64,000 nt of DNA from the human T2T-CHM13v2.0 reference genome, Homo sapiens (GCF_009914755.1 NC_060932.1); one strand, 5' to 3'; numbered from the stretch's first letter, positions 38,306 through 54,527 are shown. The notes: a model not told the origin generated them from the letters alone. Numbers and translations: made by a program.

Positions 38306-38912
38306 TGTTACAGACCACAGGCTCTTTGGCTACCCATATAATGGAAATTAACTCATGGCCAAGCAGATTTTCCAGATAAGACTTTTATTATGGGGCTTAT
38401 GCTCAAGTGCAAGGGAGACAGCAACGGTGAGAAAGATCCTCTGGCTAGCTCCCAAAGAAACGCCATTAGGGATTTTTTTTTTTTTTAATTAGACAAAACA
38501 TGGGAATTGATTTCAAGACTAGTGTATGCAGGCTGGGCTGGGCAAAGCATGTGAAGGGTAGGGGATGCAGGTCAGCATGTCTGGTTGTGATGGTTCTCTT
38601 GAGTAATGAACCACCTGGTGGTCTGGTGGGGGCAGCGAAGCAGTAATCAATTTTTCAGTTTTTCTTCCCAAGGAAGGACACTCGCAACCTTGTTTGATGT
38701 TTAGCTCTCCTAAGGTCAGTTTCTGGAATTCTCTAAGTAAAAGGAATGGTTGAACATTATGAGAGCACAGAAGAATGGCTATTTGCTTTGTGTGACAGAA
38801 GCCTCAGGGTTAATGGGTATACCATCCATGAAGTAGTGGTGTGGGTTTTGTGAAGAGAAGAAAAAAATAAAAAATGTATGAAGGAGAAGTCATGTCCCAC
38901 TCCTGTTCATCA
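38306..38912 (-). mobile_element. ERV-type solo LTR, family not assigned, inserted in a MER5-like element
   Basis: TGTTAC...CATCA ends, antisense AATAAA (ttttatt); MER5-like sequence resumes on both sides. Confidence 0.55.
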
Positions 38913-38994
38913 GTCTGAGGATTGCACTTTGAGAAACACAAGTCACCCTTATTAAATTTCAATCAAACTTATAACTTTTGAATATATATTGTAA

Positions 38995-39310
38995 TTTTAT
39001 GTATTTATTTATTTAATTTATTTATTTATTAGTGACAGAGTCTGACTTTGTCTCCCAGGCTGGAGTATAGTGGCATGATCATAGCTTACTACAGTCTCAA
39101 CCTCCCGGGTTCAGGTAATCCTCTTGCCTAAGCCTCTTGCATAGCTGGGACTACAGGCATGTGCCACTACACTTGGGTAATTTTTAAATTTTTTTTAGTA
39201 GAGATGGGTCTCACTATGTTGCCTAGGCTGGTCTCGAACTCTTGACCTCAAGCTATCATCCCACCTTGGCCTCCCAAAATGGAATTACAGGCATGAGCCA
39301 CCATGTCTCT
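38995..39310 (-). mobile_element. AluJ
   Basis: Antisense Alu with (TTTA)n tail. Confidence 0.88.
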
Positions 39311-40845
39311 CCCATATTATAATTTAATTGGACAAATTGCCTGAGCTTTTCCATTCTTTGTCATTTTAGATGAGATGGAAATAAAAGACTTAGTAACAGT
39401 TATGCTGGAATCTTACATGCAAATGCATGTTCTTTGAATAAGAGCAGGTTTCTTTATTTAGCATTTCTAATTTAATCCCTGACATTAAACCACATTAGAG
39501 TCTTTAATTCTTTTACTGTTTTATAAACTGCTGAAAAGCAATTGAGAGATTCAAGCAACTCTGGTGCATGTATTTTTAAAAACATACCATTTGTCTAGGT
39601 GTGAGCCCAGCATCTAAGCAATGAGTGTAATTTTGTACCCTGGGATTTTGTTTAGTGTGCCTGCAATACACCATGGAAGAAAGTCCAACAATGGTTTAAC
39701 TAGGTTTATCAAAAATAAGGAAAAATTCAAGATGGATCCTGCTATTAAAATACGTATTCTTTTAGCCATAGCATGTATTTAGTACATGAAAGTGTGTGGG
39801 GTTTTTTTTTTTTTTGAGTTGATAAACATGAGAATATTTGCAGGTGAATATTACCCAAGGCTTAATTTGTAACTTTGTCCTTATGTAAGTATTGGAAAAT
39901 GGCTCATGTCCGACAATTTTTAAAAAACAGAGCCATAAATAAATATCACATCTCGTAGAATTAATGGTTTTCCCCAAGATGAAAATTACAGGAAATAGAA
40001 CTGTTGAATTCTAGGAAGTTGTCTACACCAAAGACAATGGCATTTTAAATCTTGACATTCCTTTTAAGTCACGCCTTTTTAGATAAGCATGTGGGACAGT
40101 GGGGGTTATCTACAGTGAATTTTGGTTATGTTTTTGGTATTACAAAAGCTCTGATCTTTTCAAAATGCTCAAGTTTACTATGTTATGGCCCAGCACCCTG
40201 CTAGTCTTAGTTGAAAATAAAAAGGAGCGTACCACTGAAAAATCAGTGTTTGTTTTCTTCACTATCTCTTAAAGAAAAAGAATGCCATTTAGTTAAAAAA
40301 AAAATGTCTTCTGTCTTCCAATATGACATAACAGAACCTTGAAGGATTTATATCTTGGAAGGTGAAACCAGCATTCCCTGGTTAAAATGATTAATTTACA
40401 AAACCAACAGAAGGTGAGGAGTAGAGGAGCTACAGTGTCACACTGCAAGGGAGAGAAAAGCGAAGTTGTTACCCTATTTAAAACAAACAAACAAACAGAT
40501 AGAGAGAAAGAAACTCAGAAAATGCACACAGGAAGTGATTAGCGGCAATTGAACAAATGGCAGGTGTTAAATGAAACAGCATCAGGACTAAGGCTAAGTG
40601 AAATCATACAGGCTCTGAGTGATTTTATTAAGGATGATATTTATGACTTAAGTTTGGAACAGTGCATCAAGAAGATTCAAGAGTAAACTCCCTGGCCTCA
40701 TCATAGGTGAGGGCATTGTCTTTTTGGCCTGAGCTATTTCCTTAGCCTCTTAAGTGACCACTCCGTTCTCAGTCTCTCCCAACTCCAGCCCAACTTTCGC
40801 ATGACCACCGTGACCACCCTCTACGTTAAGGCCTTTATATCTTGA

Positions 40846-41205
<360 letters not shown>

Positions 41206-41376
41206 AACCCATAATAGTTTGGAACTGTAAGATCTATGTAAAACTGAGCAAACCCTGGCAACTTTACAGTCTGTGGAAGACCAATAGCCCTGAAAGAGTT
41301 ATAGGGATTTCAGGGCCTGTTCTGCCTTCACACTTCTGTGCAAAGGCTGTCCTTGGGTACCACCAAGTTGTTTTGA

Positions 41377-41430
41377 TTCCTTGGAAACCTAGTTCCAAGG
41401 AAACCTAGTTCCAAGGAAACCTAGTTTCTT
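41377..41430. repeat. 16-bp tandem repeat, about 3.3 copies
   Basis: TTCCTTGGAAACCTAG TTCCAAGGAAACCTAG TTCCAAGGAAACCTAG TT. Confidence 0.9.
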
Positions 41431-42199
41431 GATCAGTTTCCAGAAGAAAATAAATCAGTGATATGGTCACACAATGTGTCTACTTTGGGGTATACAGAGT
41501 CACTGAACACCTGTGGTTCTTTCTTGAGGAGGAGCTACACTGTGTACAGGCTAGACACAGTGGTTCTCTCCCTCCCTTTTCTCTTCTCTCTCCACATTCT
41601 TCCCTCATCTCCTTCTTTGGGGCAAAACAAAGCTTCTCTCACTGTTGCATGTGAGGCTTTTAGCAATGCTTTCAGCTGCCTGGACATGACTTTTGGGTCT
41701 CACCATCTATCTCAAGGTGCTAAAGCATTCTTCCCACTAAAGAGAATTCTCCAGTGCTGGGTATTTTCTTGTTGTCCCTCAGAATTTTCTTGCTGTCCTG
41801 CTCTGTGGTCCAGGAAGGGTGGGAACTGCATCAGCAAAAACCTCTTATCTTAGGCCTCCAGGTTGGTTCAACCAATGGGAGGCAGCAAGAGATGGCATGG
41901 GCCTGGGGGAAGGCAAGTTGTGGCAGGGACCTCCCCTGGCGCCTGCTCTGCACCAGGTCCTGAGGGTGCTCTGTGTTTCTTCTAGTTGTCCTCTCTGGGT
42001 TCTGATCTTCCTTCCTTTGCTCCTTCAGGCCTAGGGCTGGCAAAGGCTCTCTAGGGGGTGACATTATTCCTTCTTGGTATCTTTAAACTCAGACCCACCT
42101 TTGCAGATAACTTGTTAATACTCCTCAAATAAACCAGCTTGAGTATGCCAAGACCCTGACTTCCTATGAGGGATATGGTGCCTGACGTTGTGACAGTCA

Positions 42200-43060
42200 T
42201 AGTTTCTCCACTTGCTGACACATAGCGTAGGAAGCATTTACAGTGCAGCCTCACTTTATGTTCCCATGCTCACCAAACCTCCTACCTTTCTTTGACCCTA
42301 ACAGTGTTTTAACTTCATGTCTTTGTGCACTTGGGGTTTCCTCCTGCAATGGGGTGCCTTTTCCTCCTTTTCTGCCTAGCACCAATCTCTTTATCTTCAA
42401 GATCCCTCACAAACGTCACTTGTCTGAGAAGCCTTTCCTCTTACCTCCTCCCTAGAAAGACTTGAACTCTGTGCTTCCATGCAATAATTTATGGCATGTC
42501 TGTCTCCCCACAGAAATTATATCTTCATTCATTTATTCATTCCCCCCAAACGAATATCAGTTATCCTCTATGTTCCAGGCACTGTGATAAATTCATGGAA
42601 ACACAGCATCAACAAAACAAAGTCCCTGCCCTCATGGAGTTTATATTCTAGTGAGGGGACAAACAATACACCTGTGAACAAGTAGATTGATGATTATCCA
42701 GTAAAGGTGAGTAGTATTGAGATAAATGAAGCAGGCCAAGAGATGACCTGTGTTAGAATGAGAAGTCTCCAGATAAGGACAGGACTGTTGCCAGGAGGTC
42801 TGAGTGAAGAGCTGGTAGTTGAGCAGAGACCTGGATGATGTGAGACTATCTGAGGGTAAATCTTTTAGCCACAGAAACAGCAGTGCAATAGTCCTGGGGG
42901 TGGGGAGGAAGTGTGCTTAGTATGTTTGAGGAAGGGCACAGAACCAGTGGGTTGGGGAAGCATGAGGATGTGAGATGAGGTCCACTCAGGGCAGGTGAGC
43001 CTAGGATGTCTTGCACCACAGGATCACAGATTTGGAGTTCCCTGGAGAGCTATGGGTAGG
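42200..43060. mobile_element. L2 fragments in both orientations
   Basis: cattcatttattcattc...tatgttccaggcactgtg...aacaaaacaaagtccctgccctcatggag is an antisense L2 3' end. Confidence 0.65.
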
Positions 43061-43361
43061 GGCTACCCTAACTTGACTATGCATTCTGTTAACCCCAGTG
43101 GTTTGTCTAGAGCCTGGCTGAAGGGATGACTAAATTGTAGTAGACCTCAGTTAATTCTGTAATTTTTTTCTCCTTTAGCCAATATAACTTTCCCAAGTGT
43201 TATAAAAATATCTGTGGCTTGTTTTAAAGATACAACACCAGGCAGTACAGCTGACATCCAAAATGACAAGGCTGAGAGGTGACAACCCTCAGCCAACCCT
43301 GACCCCTCCTGGTGTCTCTGCCTCTGTGTCTGTCTCTTCATAATGTGGAAAGTTTCATCCA

Positions 43362-43852
43362 TGTTGGGAGCAAGCCCCCCAAAATCCGGCCATAAACTGG
43401 CCCCAAAACTGGCCATAAATAAAATCTCTGCAACACTGTAACATGTCCATAATGGCCCTAACGCCCAAGCTGGAAGGTTGTGGGTTTACAGGAATGAGGG
43501 CAAGGAACACCTGGCCTGCCCAGGGCGGAAAACCGCTTAAAGGCAGTCTTAAGCCACAAACAAAAGCCTGAGCGATCTGTGTCTTAAGGGCGTGTTCCTG
43601 CTGCAATTAATTTGGCCCATCCCTTCGTTTCCCTTAAGGGATACTTTTAGTTAATTTAATATCTATAGAAACAATGCTAATGACTAGTTTGCTGTTAATA
43701 AATATGTGGGTAAATCTCTGTTTGGGGCTCTCAGCTCTGAAGGCTGTGAGACCCCTGATTTCCCACTTCACATCTCTATATTTCTGTGTGTGTGTCTTTA
43801 ATTCCTCTAGCGCCACTGGGTTAGGGTCTCCCTGACAGAGCTGGTCTCGGCA
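43362..43852 (+). mobile_element. MER9 solo LTR (HERV-K HML-3)
   Basis: TGTTGGGAGCAAGCCCCCCAAAATC...GAGCTGGTCTCGGCA; 6-bp TSD CATCCA/CATTCA, the betaretroviral length. Confidence 0.9.
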
Positions 43853-44109
43853 CATTCAGATCTCAGGCTCCAGGCAAACTCTCAAACACCATGCAGCATG
43901 CTGTGTGAATTTGAAGCCAGGAGGCAAGGATGCCATTCTACCTATCAAAGCCATAAGCTTATTTTTCACAAAATGTGTCCAGTTAGGTCTATGCTCTTAA
44001 GCCATTTTTTCAAATTATAAATGACAGCAAAAAATAAAAAGACTTACACTAAGAAAAACAGATGCCGATAGCCCATGTACTAACTAGAATTATCTCCTTG
44101 CTAAAATAT

Positions 44110-44310
44110 ATATTTTTTAGGTACACACAGACATACAGAGGAAAATAACAAACACTGGGGACTCCAAAAGCTGGGAGAATAGGGAGGTGAGGGCTAAAAT
44201 ATCACCTAATGGCTACAATATTCAGTATTTGAGCAACAGGCATACCAGAAACCCAAACCTCACCATTGTACAATATATCCATATAATAAACCTGCATATA
44301 TCTTGAATAT
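44110..44310 (+). mobile_element. L1 (L1MA/L1PB-like) 3' end
   Basis: cactggggactccaaaag...caatatatccatataataaacctgcata. Confidence 0.7.
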
Positions 44311-45781
44311 ATATATATAATGCTTTATGATATTGTCATTCATGAATCAAAATGTATAACTACCTATAAGAGATACTTTTCTTTTGTAAATTTTAGCATA
44401 ATACAAATACGGCAAAGTAAGGAACTACAAAAGAGCAGAAAACAGTTGTCCTCTGGCTTCCCACTAAATATTTATTTTAGCTTCCAGATCATGCAAATAT
44501 TTGAATAGAAGGAAACTGCATTGTAGAAATTTATTTTAGTTACAATGAGATTAATGGCATCTATTAGATATATTTTGTGATTGAGTGTTCTGAAAGGAAA
44601 ACTGCTTAAAAATATATTTTTAAAATTTCATAACTCTACAATTCTGAATTCTTTATTGATTAAATAAATAGCACATCAAGAAGGCTGATTATACTTGAAT
44701 ATAAACAGATTGGTCACAGAAATCTAAACCTATGCTTAATTAAATTTAACCAATAAACCCAGCTCCCCACCAGGGTGAGAGTGTTGGCACACAGCAGATG
44801 ATCCTCGTTGTTTCAGTAACATCACGGGGATTTACCCAAACCACTGTGATGCCAATCCAACCAAAGCTCCTGATGGAAAAGCTTCAATCTCAGGAATTCA
44901 GTTTGGCGACTTGCCCTGTGAAGAAGATGAAGCTATATAGAAATGTAGCGTAAAGTGATTGCTTTCCTAAAGATTGCTTAATTACCATATTTTTTTTAAT
45001 TTTGGAAAAGAAATCTTTAATAAATAAAATACAACAAATCCACCAGACATCAAAAATGGAGAAATGAGATTTAATTTCATTGTAAGAGATTTGGTTTAAG
45101 CAGAAGAGAGACCTTTGTAACAGAAAAACTATCTAGACATAACCATCCTAAGAGATATTTACCTCTTCTGTAATAATATGGCAGAAAGCCAGTTTTGAAA
45201 TGACTGAGGTGTTTTAGAGGTTAAAGATGAATGTTTTTGAGAAATTAAGCAGTCTTCTATTCAAATAATTGTGGGTGTTAAACATTTTTAGAACTCATCT
45301 TTATCCTTCATTATTAATAAATTGATATTATGTAAGAGTTCATTTTCATTCTTCATCAGTGCTGCAACTTTTTATCCATTAAACAATTAACTCCCCATTC
45401 CTCCTTCTCCCCAGCCCTTGCTAACTGACATTGTTTTCTGTCCCTCTAAATTTGACTACTCTAGTTACTTCATAAAAGTGGAATCACACAGTCTTTGTCC
45501 TTTTGTGTCTTACTTATTAGTGTAATGTCTTCACGGTTCATCTATGTTGTAGCATGTGTCAGACTTTCATTCCTTCTTAAGGCTGAACAGTTTTTTATTG
45601 TATGTATATAACACATTTTCTGTTCATCCATTGGTGGACATTTGGGTTGTTCCCACCTTTTGGCTACTGTGAATAATACTGTTATGAACATGGGTATATA
45701 AAGATGTGTTTGAGACCCTGCTGCTTTCAGTTCTTTTGGGTGTTTACTCAGAAGTATAATTTATGGATCCTTTAGTAATTC

Positions 45782-46333
45782 TGTCAGAGGTGTGTGAACC
45801 AGAGCAACTCCATCTTAAATACGAGCTGGGTAAAATGAGGCTGAAACCTACTGGGCTGCATTCCCAGACAGTTAAGGCATTCTAAGTCACAGGATGAGAT
45901 AGGAGGTCAGCACAAAATACAGGTCATAAAGACCTTGCTGATAAAACAGTTGCAGTAAAGGAGCCAGCCAAGACCCACCAAAACCAAGATGGCCACAAGA
46001 GTGACCTCTGGTCGTCCTCACTAGTAGACTCCCATCAGCACCATGGTACTTTACAGGTGCCATGGCAATGTCAGGAAGTTACCCTATATGGTCTAAAAAG
46101 GGGAGGCATGAATAATCCACCACTTGTTTAGCATATCATCAAGAAATAAACCATAAAAATGGGCAACCAGCAGCCCTCAGGACTGCTCTGTCTATGGAGT
46201 AGCCATTCTTTTATTCCTCTACTTTCTTAATAAACTTGTTTTCACTTTGCACTGCAGACTCGCCATAAATTCTTTCTTGCACGAGACCAAAAACCCTTTC
46301 TTGCGGTCTGGATTGGGACCCCTTCCTGTAACA
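45782..46333 (+). mobile_element. MER41A solo LTR
   Basis: TGTCAGAGG...GAACCAGAGCAACTCCATCTT start, GTAACA end, TSD ATTC. AAAAAGGGGAGG runs directly into CATGAATAATCC, i.e. without the MER41B tandem-GAS block. Confidence 0.9.
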
Positions 46334-46445
46334 ATTCTATGTTTAATTTTGGGGGGAACTGCCATACTGTTTTTTTCTGAGCTGTACCATTTTACATTCT
46401 TACCAGCAACGAACAAGGGTTCCTATTTATCCACATCCTTGCCAA

Positions 46446-47427
<982 letters not shown>

Positions 47428-49518
47428 CCAACACTAGTTATTTTTATTGAGTCTTTTGATAAAAGATTTTTTTTAGTGAGTGTAAAGTAATATCTCAATG
47501 TGGTTTTGATTTGTATTTCCCTAGTGATTAGTGATGGTGAGCATTTTCTCGTATGGTCATTGGTTTTTTGAATATCTTCTTTGGAAAAATATCTATTGAA
47601 ATTCTTTGCCCATTTTTGAATTGGATTTTTTGTTTTTTGTTGTTGAGTTGTTAGGGTATTAAAATATATATAATTTTCAACATTAATCCTTTATCAGATA
47701 TATAATTTGCAAATATTTTCTCCCATTCTATAAGTGGCTGTCTTAGCTAGGACAGCCATAACAAAATGTCGTAGACCACGTGGCTTAAGCAACAGAAATT
47801 CCTTTTCTTACACTTCTGGAGTCTGGAAAATCTGGTGGATTTGGTGCCTGGTGAGGACTTTTTTTGCAGTCTTGTAGGCGGCTCCCATCTTGTCTTGGGG
47901 CATTAAAAAAAGCCAATTATCATCTTAAAGAGAAGGTTGAAACCTACCTCTGTAAAGCAGGCATTCTCCAAATAGAGAGGAGATGCAATGATTTAGTTCA
48001 TCATAGGAAGTGTGGCACCACCAAAGGTTAACCTGACACCTGTCTGAAGATTTGTTTTCAAGTCCCTGCTCAGCATGGTTCCCTTTGTGACCTCCAGAAA
48101 GTCACTCAGATTCTTTGGACCTTATTTTTTTCATCTCTAACCTCTCATTTCATTCTATTTAGACAGATTATAGGACTAGGACTCATGTTTTTCTTCTTAG
48201 CATTGAAAAGGCTATTCCAAGAAACCCACTTTACCATGAGAATCTAATCTGCAGAGGATACAAGGACTTGAAGTAGTTCAGATTATACTTTTAGAACATA
48301 TTCAATCCAGAGTCATTACTCAGTTTACCTTCTGTATTTCTTTCTTTCCCCATACTCATTTTTTTAATTTAAAATATTATGTGGTGCCATAAATATATTT
48401 TGTAACTAACTTTTTTACATTCTTTCATGTAAGGTCACTTAGTGTTCTAACTTTATTAGCAAATTAATTTTACTCAGTATTATTGTACAAGTTATTAAAA
48501 TTTTATTGCTAATAATTTTCAGTTTTAATTAATAAGCATTTAATATTCAACATTATGATGCCCATATTTGAAGTGTAATTTCCCCTTGCTTAGATTACTT
48601 TTCAATGTCCGCCAATACTGTCTTACAACACTAAACATTTCATATTATGGTAAATAAATGATGGTAAATTTAGGATAAGACATGTTTGGATTCAAGTTTG
48701 TAGACGTCGGTGCACTTTGAATGTATTGACTCATCTTACAGCTGGTCACTGTTAGTGGATTACTACGGTTTGTTATTCCTGTTTTGCTGATGGGTAGCTC
48801 ATTCAGAACACAGGGTTTGCACACCATTAGTAAACAATAGAACTCCAGCTTCCTGTGTTGCTAGTTTTCTCTCTTTAAGATTCTTGACAACTATGCAATC
48901 AGCTTCTCTTGCTACATAGAGTTAAATGGGTGTTGGAAAGCTGTCACTATTTATTCTTAAAGGATTTCTTTAGATTGTGAGAAGGGCTTCTGCCCAGGAA
49001 GCTAGTCTGGTCAAAGTGTTGCATACATGAGAGGTCCGAGCACATTCACAGGTCCCTGTAGCTGTTAGCACCTGTCTGTGAGCAACCCTTGATCTTCAAT
49101 CTTTTCTTCTGGTAGATGCTTTAATGGTGAGAAAAACCATATTCTGCGTGACTCCTGATGCCATATGGCTACTCTGGCCACTGAGAGCTGCCAAAACAAC
49201 TAAAATAACAGCCTAACCTTTCATTTTCATTTTCTCCTTGAGCGGGAATGTGAAACATTGCAGCTTTTATCTGGGTTGTGTGTTCAAGTTTATTTGCTTG
49301 CTTGTTTATTTATTTAACGTGCAATTATTATGGTATACATCAGTCAAATGTAAAACTTTCAGATATTTCCATGGGATTACAATACTTTTGTATATTATAT
49401 GAGTAGTTTAAAATTTTATTCCTCTGTTTTCCACTTTTCCATTTCAATCACCAGATTTAAAATGTCACATCTCTTTGAAAGAACTTAAAGGCAAGATATT
49501 TCCTAGTATCAGCAGGAC

Positions 49519-50491
<973 letters not shown>

Positions 50492-51219
50492 GGACCTTTG
50501 TGATTTTGTGCTGCTTGTCTCAAGTTGTAGGTTCAGGATATGATGGTGGAGACAAATGACCAAGTTCTGCTTTTGGTTAGGCCCAGAGGGCATCACCTGT
50601 GCATTTCCATGCAGACTCCACATTGTGAGATGCAATGCCACAGTCCCACCTGTCTGACCACTTCCTATAGTAAGAGATATCCTGCAGATGACTCCAGCCA
50701 AAGACGTTGATGGCAAAACCAAATCAAAACAGATAACAGAAACAGGAGGAGGAGCCAATATTAGAAAAAAACAAGTCACTGATGTCAGTAAAACCACCGT
50801 GATAAATACTGTGGAGAAAGAGTGGTCATGAGTTGGACTCACTCAGATCAATAAAGCATTTTATACCTGGTGCTGTTCCTAGTTGCTTGCGTGCAGCAGC
50901 ATGCCAGAAGTAGAATGAAATCTGTGGAAATCTTATAACTACTAGCTTCTGAGTATATGTCCTTTCTAATTTGTAGAGGAAGATTGATCCTAAGATAATT
51001 ACCTGAAATTAAAGAGGATATCGACATCTATATTTCCACCCTTGACGTCTTCCCTAAGCTCCAGATTCATATATCCAGCTGTCTCTTGGAAAAAAACCAA
51101 ACTCATTATGTTTCCCCAAACTCATTCGTCTTTATATATATATTTGTATATATTTAATGTGTATATATGTGTGTATAAATACACTCACATATGTGTGTGT
51201 GTGTATATATATATATATA

Positions 51220-51392
51220 TTTTTTTTTTTTCTTTTAGAGACAGAGTCTCACTCTGTCATCCAGGCTAGAGTGCAATGCTGCTATCGTATCTTATTGCAG
51301 GCTTGAACTCCTGGGTTCAAGGGATCCTCCCACCTCAGCCTCTCAAGTAGGTAGGAATACAGGAGTACAGGAGTGCACCACCATGCCTGGCT
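51220..51392 (-). mobile_element. Alu right-arm fragment preceded by a (TG)/(TA) microsatellite
   Basis: Right arm only. Confidence 0.8.
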
Positions 51393-51999
51393 ATATATAT
51401 TTTTTCAATCTCACCTCATTTATAGTTACGAACTCATTGTACATGTAGTGCTAGTACAAATTAGAAATTAAATCAATATTTTTTAAACTAAACTGACCCT
51501 GATGATGTAAGTTCACGTCAGTTAGGATCCTTTCTTCTACTTTTAACATATTCTAAGCTCAAGAAATCAGAAGACATATTTTTCCTTAGGAATGTTCTTA
51601 AGGGACACTTTTTCCCTTTCTATAACCCTCAGACAAACTCCAACATTGTCTATTGGGAATAAATAACACTCAGTGAAGAAAACTGGAAGAAGAGGAGAGA
51701 GGAAAGGCAAGGCCATCCATATAATGAAGAGAATGTTGTCTAGAAATGAAAATGACTAAGAGAAGGAATCATGTAAGTCAACCAGCAACAAAAGCCATTC
51801 TACGATTGCAGAACTCAGGTTAGGGCCTACAAATGGTGATAAGTTGACCTCTAAGTTCCCCAAGGCAGAGGGAAGTGGTGGGTTGAAGCGTTGCAGGGTA
51901 GGATACTCGGAGGATCTCCTCAGAGTGTGGCATCCTGAGCCATTGCTGCGAGTCGCTCAGATGCGCTGTGCATGCCTGACAGGGCATGATGCTTGGCCA

Positions 52000-52510
52000 T
52001 ATATGGGCCACAGGAAAAAACTTCTCCTTCACCCTCTGAAGATTCACTAAAAAATGAACTCGCAAAAGGCAGATATGTTGGAGAAAAGGCATATAGATCT
52101 ATTAACATGCACACAAGGAGAACCACAGAGTACTCACCCACCTCCTAATGGGGTTCAGAAGCTTGTCTGCCATCCTGGCAAAACAGGGTGTGGGAGGGAG
52201 AGAAGAGGAATTCTGTTAAGGGGATTACTAGGAAGAATAAATAGATCAGAGAATAGAGATTAATTTATATGTTGTCTTGTGAGTGGGTCTGTTCAGGCAT
52301 GGTTACATTCTTGGTCTTATAGGGAGGGGAATTTAAAACAACTGTTCTCCTTAATGGGTTTGGCTATTAGGCAGATAAAGAAATGTTAACTTCCTTCTGT
52401 GCTTTGGGAGAAATGGTAGGAGGTGGGCCGGGGAGAAAGACCTTGAGGCTTCTTCAGTTCAGCATGTCAATGTGCCATATTGTTGGGGTATTAACTTCTG
52501 AGCCCCAACA
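52000..52510 (-). mobile_element. MER39-type LTR
   Basis: Ends ...TTCAGTTCAGCATGTCA...TCTGAGCCCCAACA; near-TSD GCCA/ACCA. Confidence 0.75.
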
Positions 52511-52900
52511 ACCAGCGCCTCACCTCGTAGGACGCCTTGCCTGGGCACTTCCTTCTCTGCTTTCATGGCCCCTACTGCTCCTGAAATTGTATTGTCCCTG
52601 GTCCCCTCTCCACTCACTGCGAATCTTTGAGGTCCTAGGTAAAACAAGGCAGCACACAGGACTGCTTAGATCTGCCCACCAGGTCTCATGACCTCCCAGC
52701 CACACGGGCTGATTGTTTCTGCTCCTTGAAAACTCCGGGCATGTTTCTGCCGGCAGACCTCTGCACCTGGGGCTTCCTCCTGTCATTCAGGATCTGCGCA
52801 AATCTCACCTCACAGAGTGCTTCCCCAGTCACCCAATGCGGAGTAACATCCATGTCATATCCCTCTTTAAGACACTCTTCATAGCACTTATTGTTGATGT

Positions 52901-54003
52901 TGAGAAAAGAAAAATAGCTTAGCGCAGTCTGCACTATGTGAAGTATGCAGGTGCAGAGAGACAGGAGCAGGGCCTGCAGTCATTCCACCCTGCTCCCACC
53001 GTGGTTTAAAGCCATTTAGTTCCTGACTAGCCGCCTCACCCAGTATCTTCATGTTGCAGGAGTTTGTGATACAAAGAACAGTATGTAGTCCATCAATAGC
53101 TTATGTTATTTTAATGTAATTTTTTGCTAAACAACTGAGGAACTGCCTCTTTCTTTTACTTTAAAAACCTATTTGTAACTGTTGCTAACTGGATGTATGT
53201 TGAGGGCAACTCCAACCTATGGAATTGCAACTGAAACCACCTTTGCAAAGATTACGATTACTACAGTGACAGAAATCTAACAGGGCTGACTCCATCTTGC
53301 TTCTGACCACCTAGCTGTCCCGGTTAATTCCTAGGTAGAGGCCAAGCTAACTTTGGGAGGGATTTTGTTTCTAGTTCAACCTTAAAACAAAGATGATAAT
53401 AGCTCTTCACAAAACTAAACTGCATTTGTAAAACTAATGAAAGTCCACAAGAATAAGATTATGAGAGGGGCCTGAACTCTGCTAAGATGTAGGTGTCGTT
53501 TCTATAATCTCTTACTGCTCCAGAGTCATGTGGCAGAAGGCACAGGATTCATGACTTCCCCAATTGCTCTTATAAATAACATCATGATTGTGGAAGCTAA
53601 GATTGATTTTTTGAAATGTTTTTCAAACTGACTGTATCCGGACGATGACTCATGACCCATCAGGTCCTGGGGCCCACCCAGAGGACCATTTTCCACATCT
53701 CTATGATTTCCTCCCCAACCAATCAGCACCACCCATTCCCTAGGTCCCTGCCCACCAAATTGTCCATAAAAACCCTAGCCTCTGAGTCCTTGGAGTGTCT
53801 GATTTGAGTAATAGCTCTGTCTCCCATGTGGCAGTCTCATGTCAATTACTCTTTCTTTCCTGCAATAGCATGGTCTCAGTGAATTGGTTTTGTCTATGCA
53901 GCAAGCAGGAAGAATTCATCTGGTAATTACACAACCCTCAAGCTTGGCCCAGATAAACTCTCTTATATTAGTTTTGCCTCAGGTTCTTCCTTTTAGCTCA
54001 ATA
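52901..54003 (+). mobile_element. MER4-group LTR (LTR24-related) hosting a nested LTR26-like element
   Basis: TGAGAAAAGAAAAATAGC start; the 3' end CCTCAAGCTTGGCCC resumes after the insert. Confidence 0.65.
53232..53931 (+). mobile_element. LTR26/LTR8-family solo LTR
   Basis: TGAAACCACCTTTGCAAAG...TAATTACA, TSD CAAC. Confidence 0.82.
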
Positions 54004-54527
54004 ATATTATTATTTTTTTATTTGCTTACTTGTCAGTTGACTGTTGTCCCCACACAAGAAAATAAACTGCACAAAAGGAGGCAGCTGAACTCTCATTTAT
54101 TGGTGTAGATTCAGGATCTAGAGTGGTGCATGCAATTCTTGGAGCTCAACCAATGGTTGTTAAGTTAGTGGATAAATAAAATGCTGACTTGATGTAGCAT
54201 CAGCATCATGGGGTAAAACATTGTATCTCAATCTTACTTCAAAGGAGATTTTGGTCAAGGCTCCGCTATAAACAAAAATCTTCCTTCTCTTAACATGTAA
54301 AGTCTATTTACTAACTTGTAAAGACCCCTTTCTAACTTGGAGAGGGTGAAGGCCTGACAAGATAAGACAGAAGGCAGGTTATCTGAGGGAACTCTTGAGT
54401 AGAAAAGGAAATTGACAGCCCAAAGCCTATGACAGTGTCTAATCCTGGAGATTAAAGTGGGGGAAATGCCACTGAAAGCAGGTCTGGGTTTCAGAGCTCC
54501 CTCCCTCAATTGTGATGCATACTATAA

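Noticed and set aside
45782-46333. MER41A as an interferon-inducible enhancer
   Set aside because: It lacks the tandem GAS block found in MER41B-type copies.
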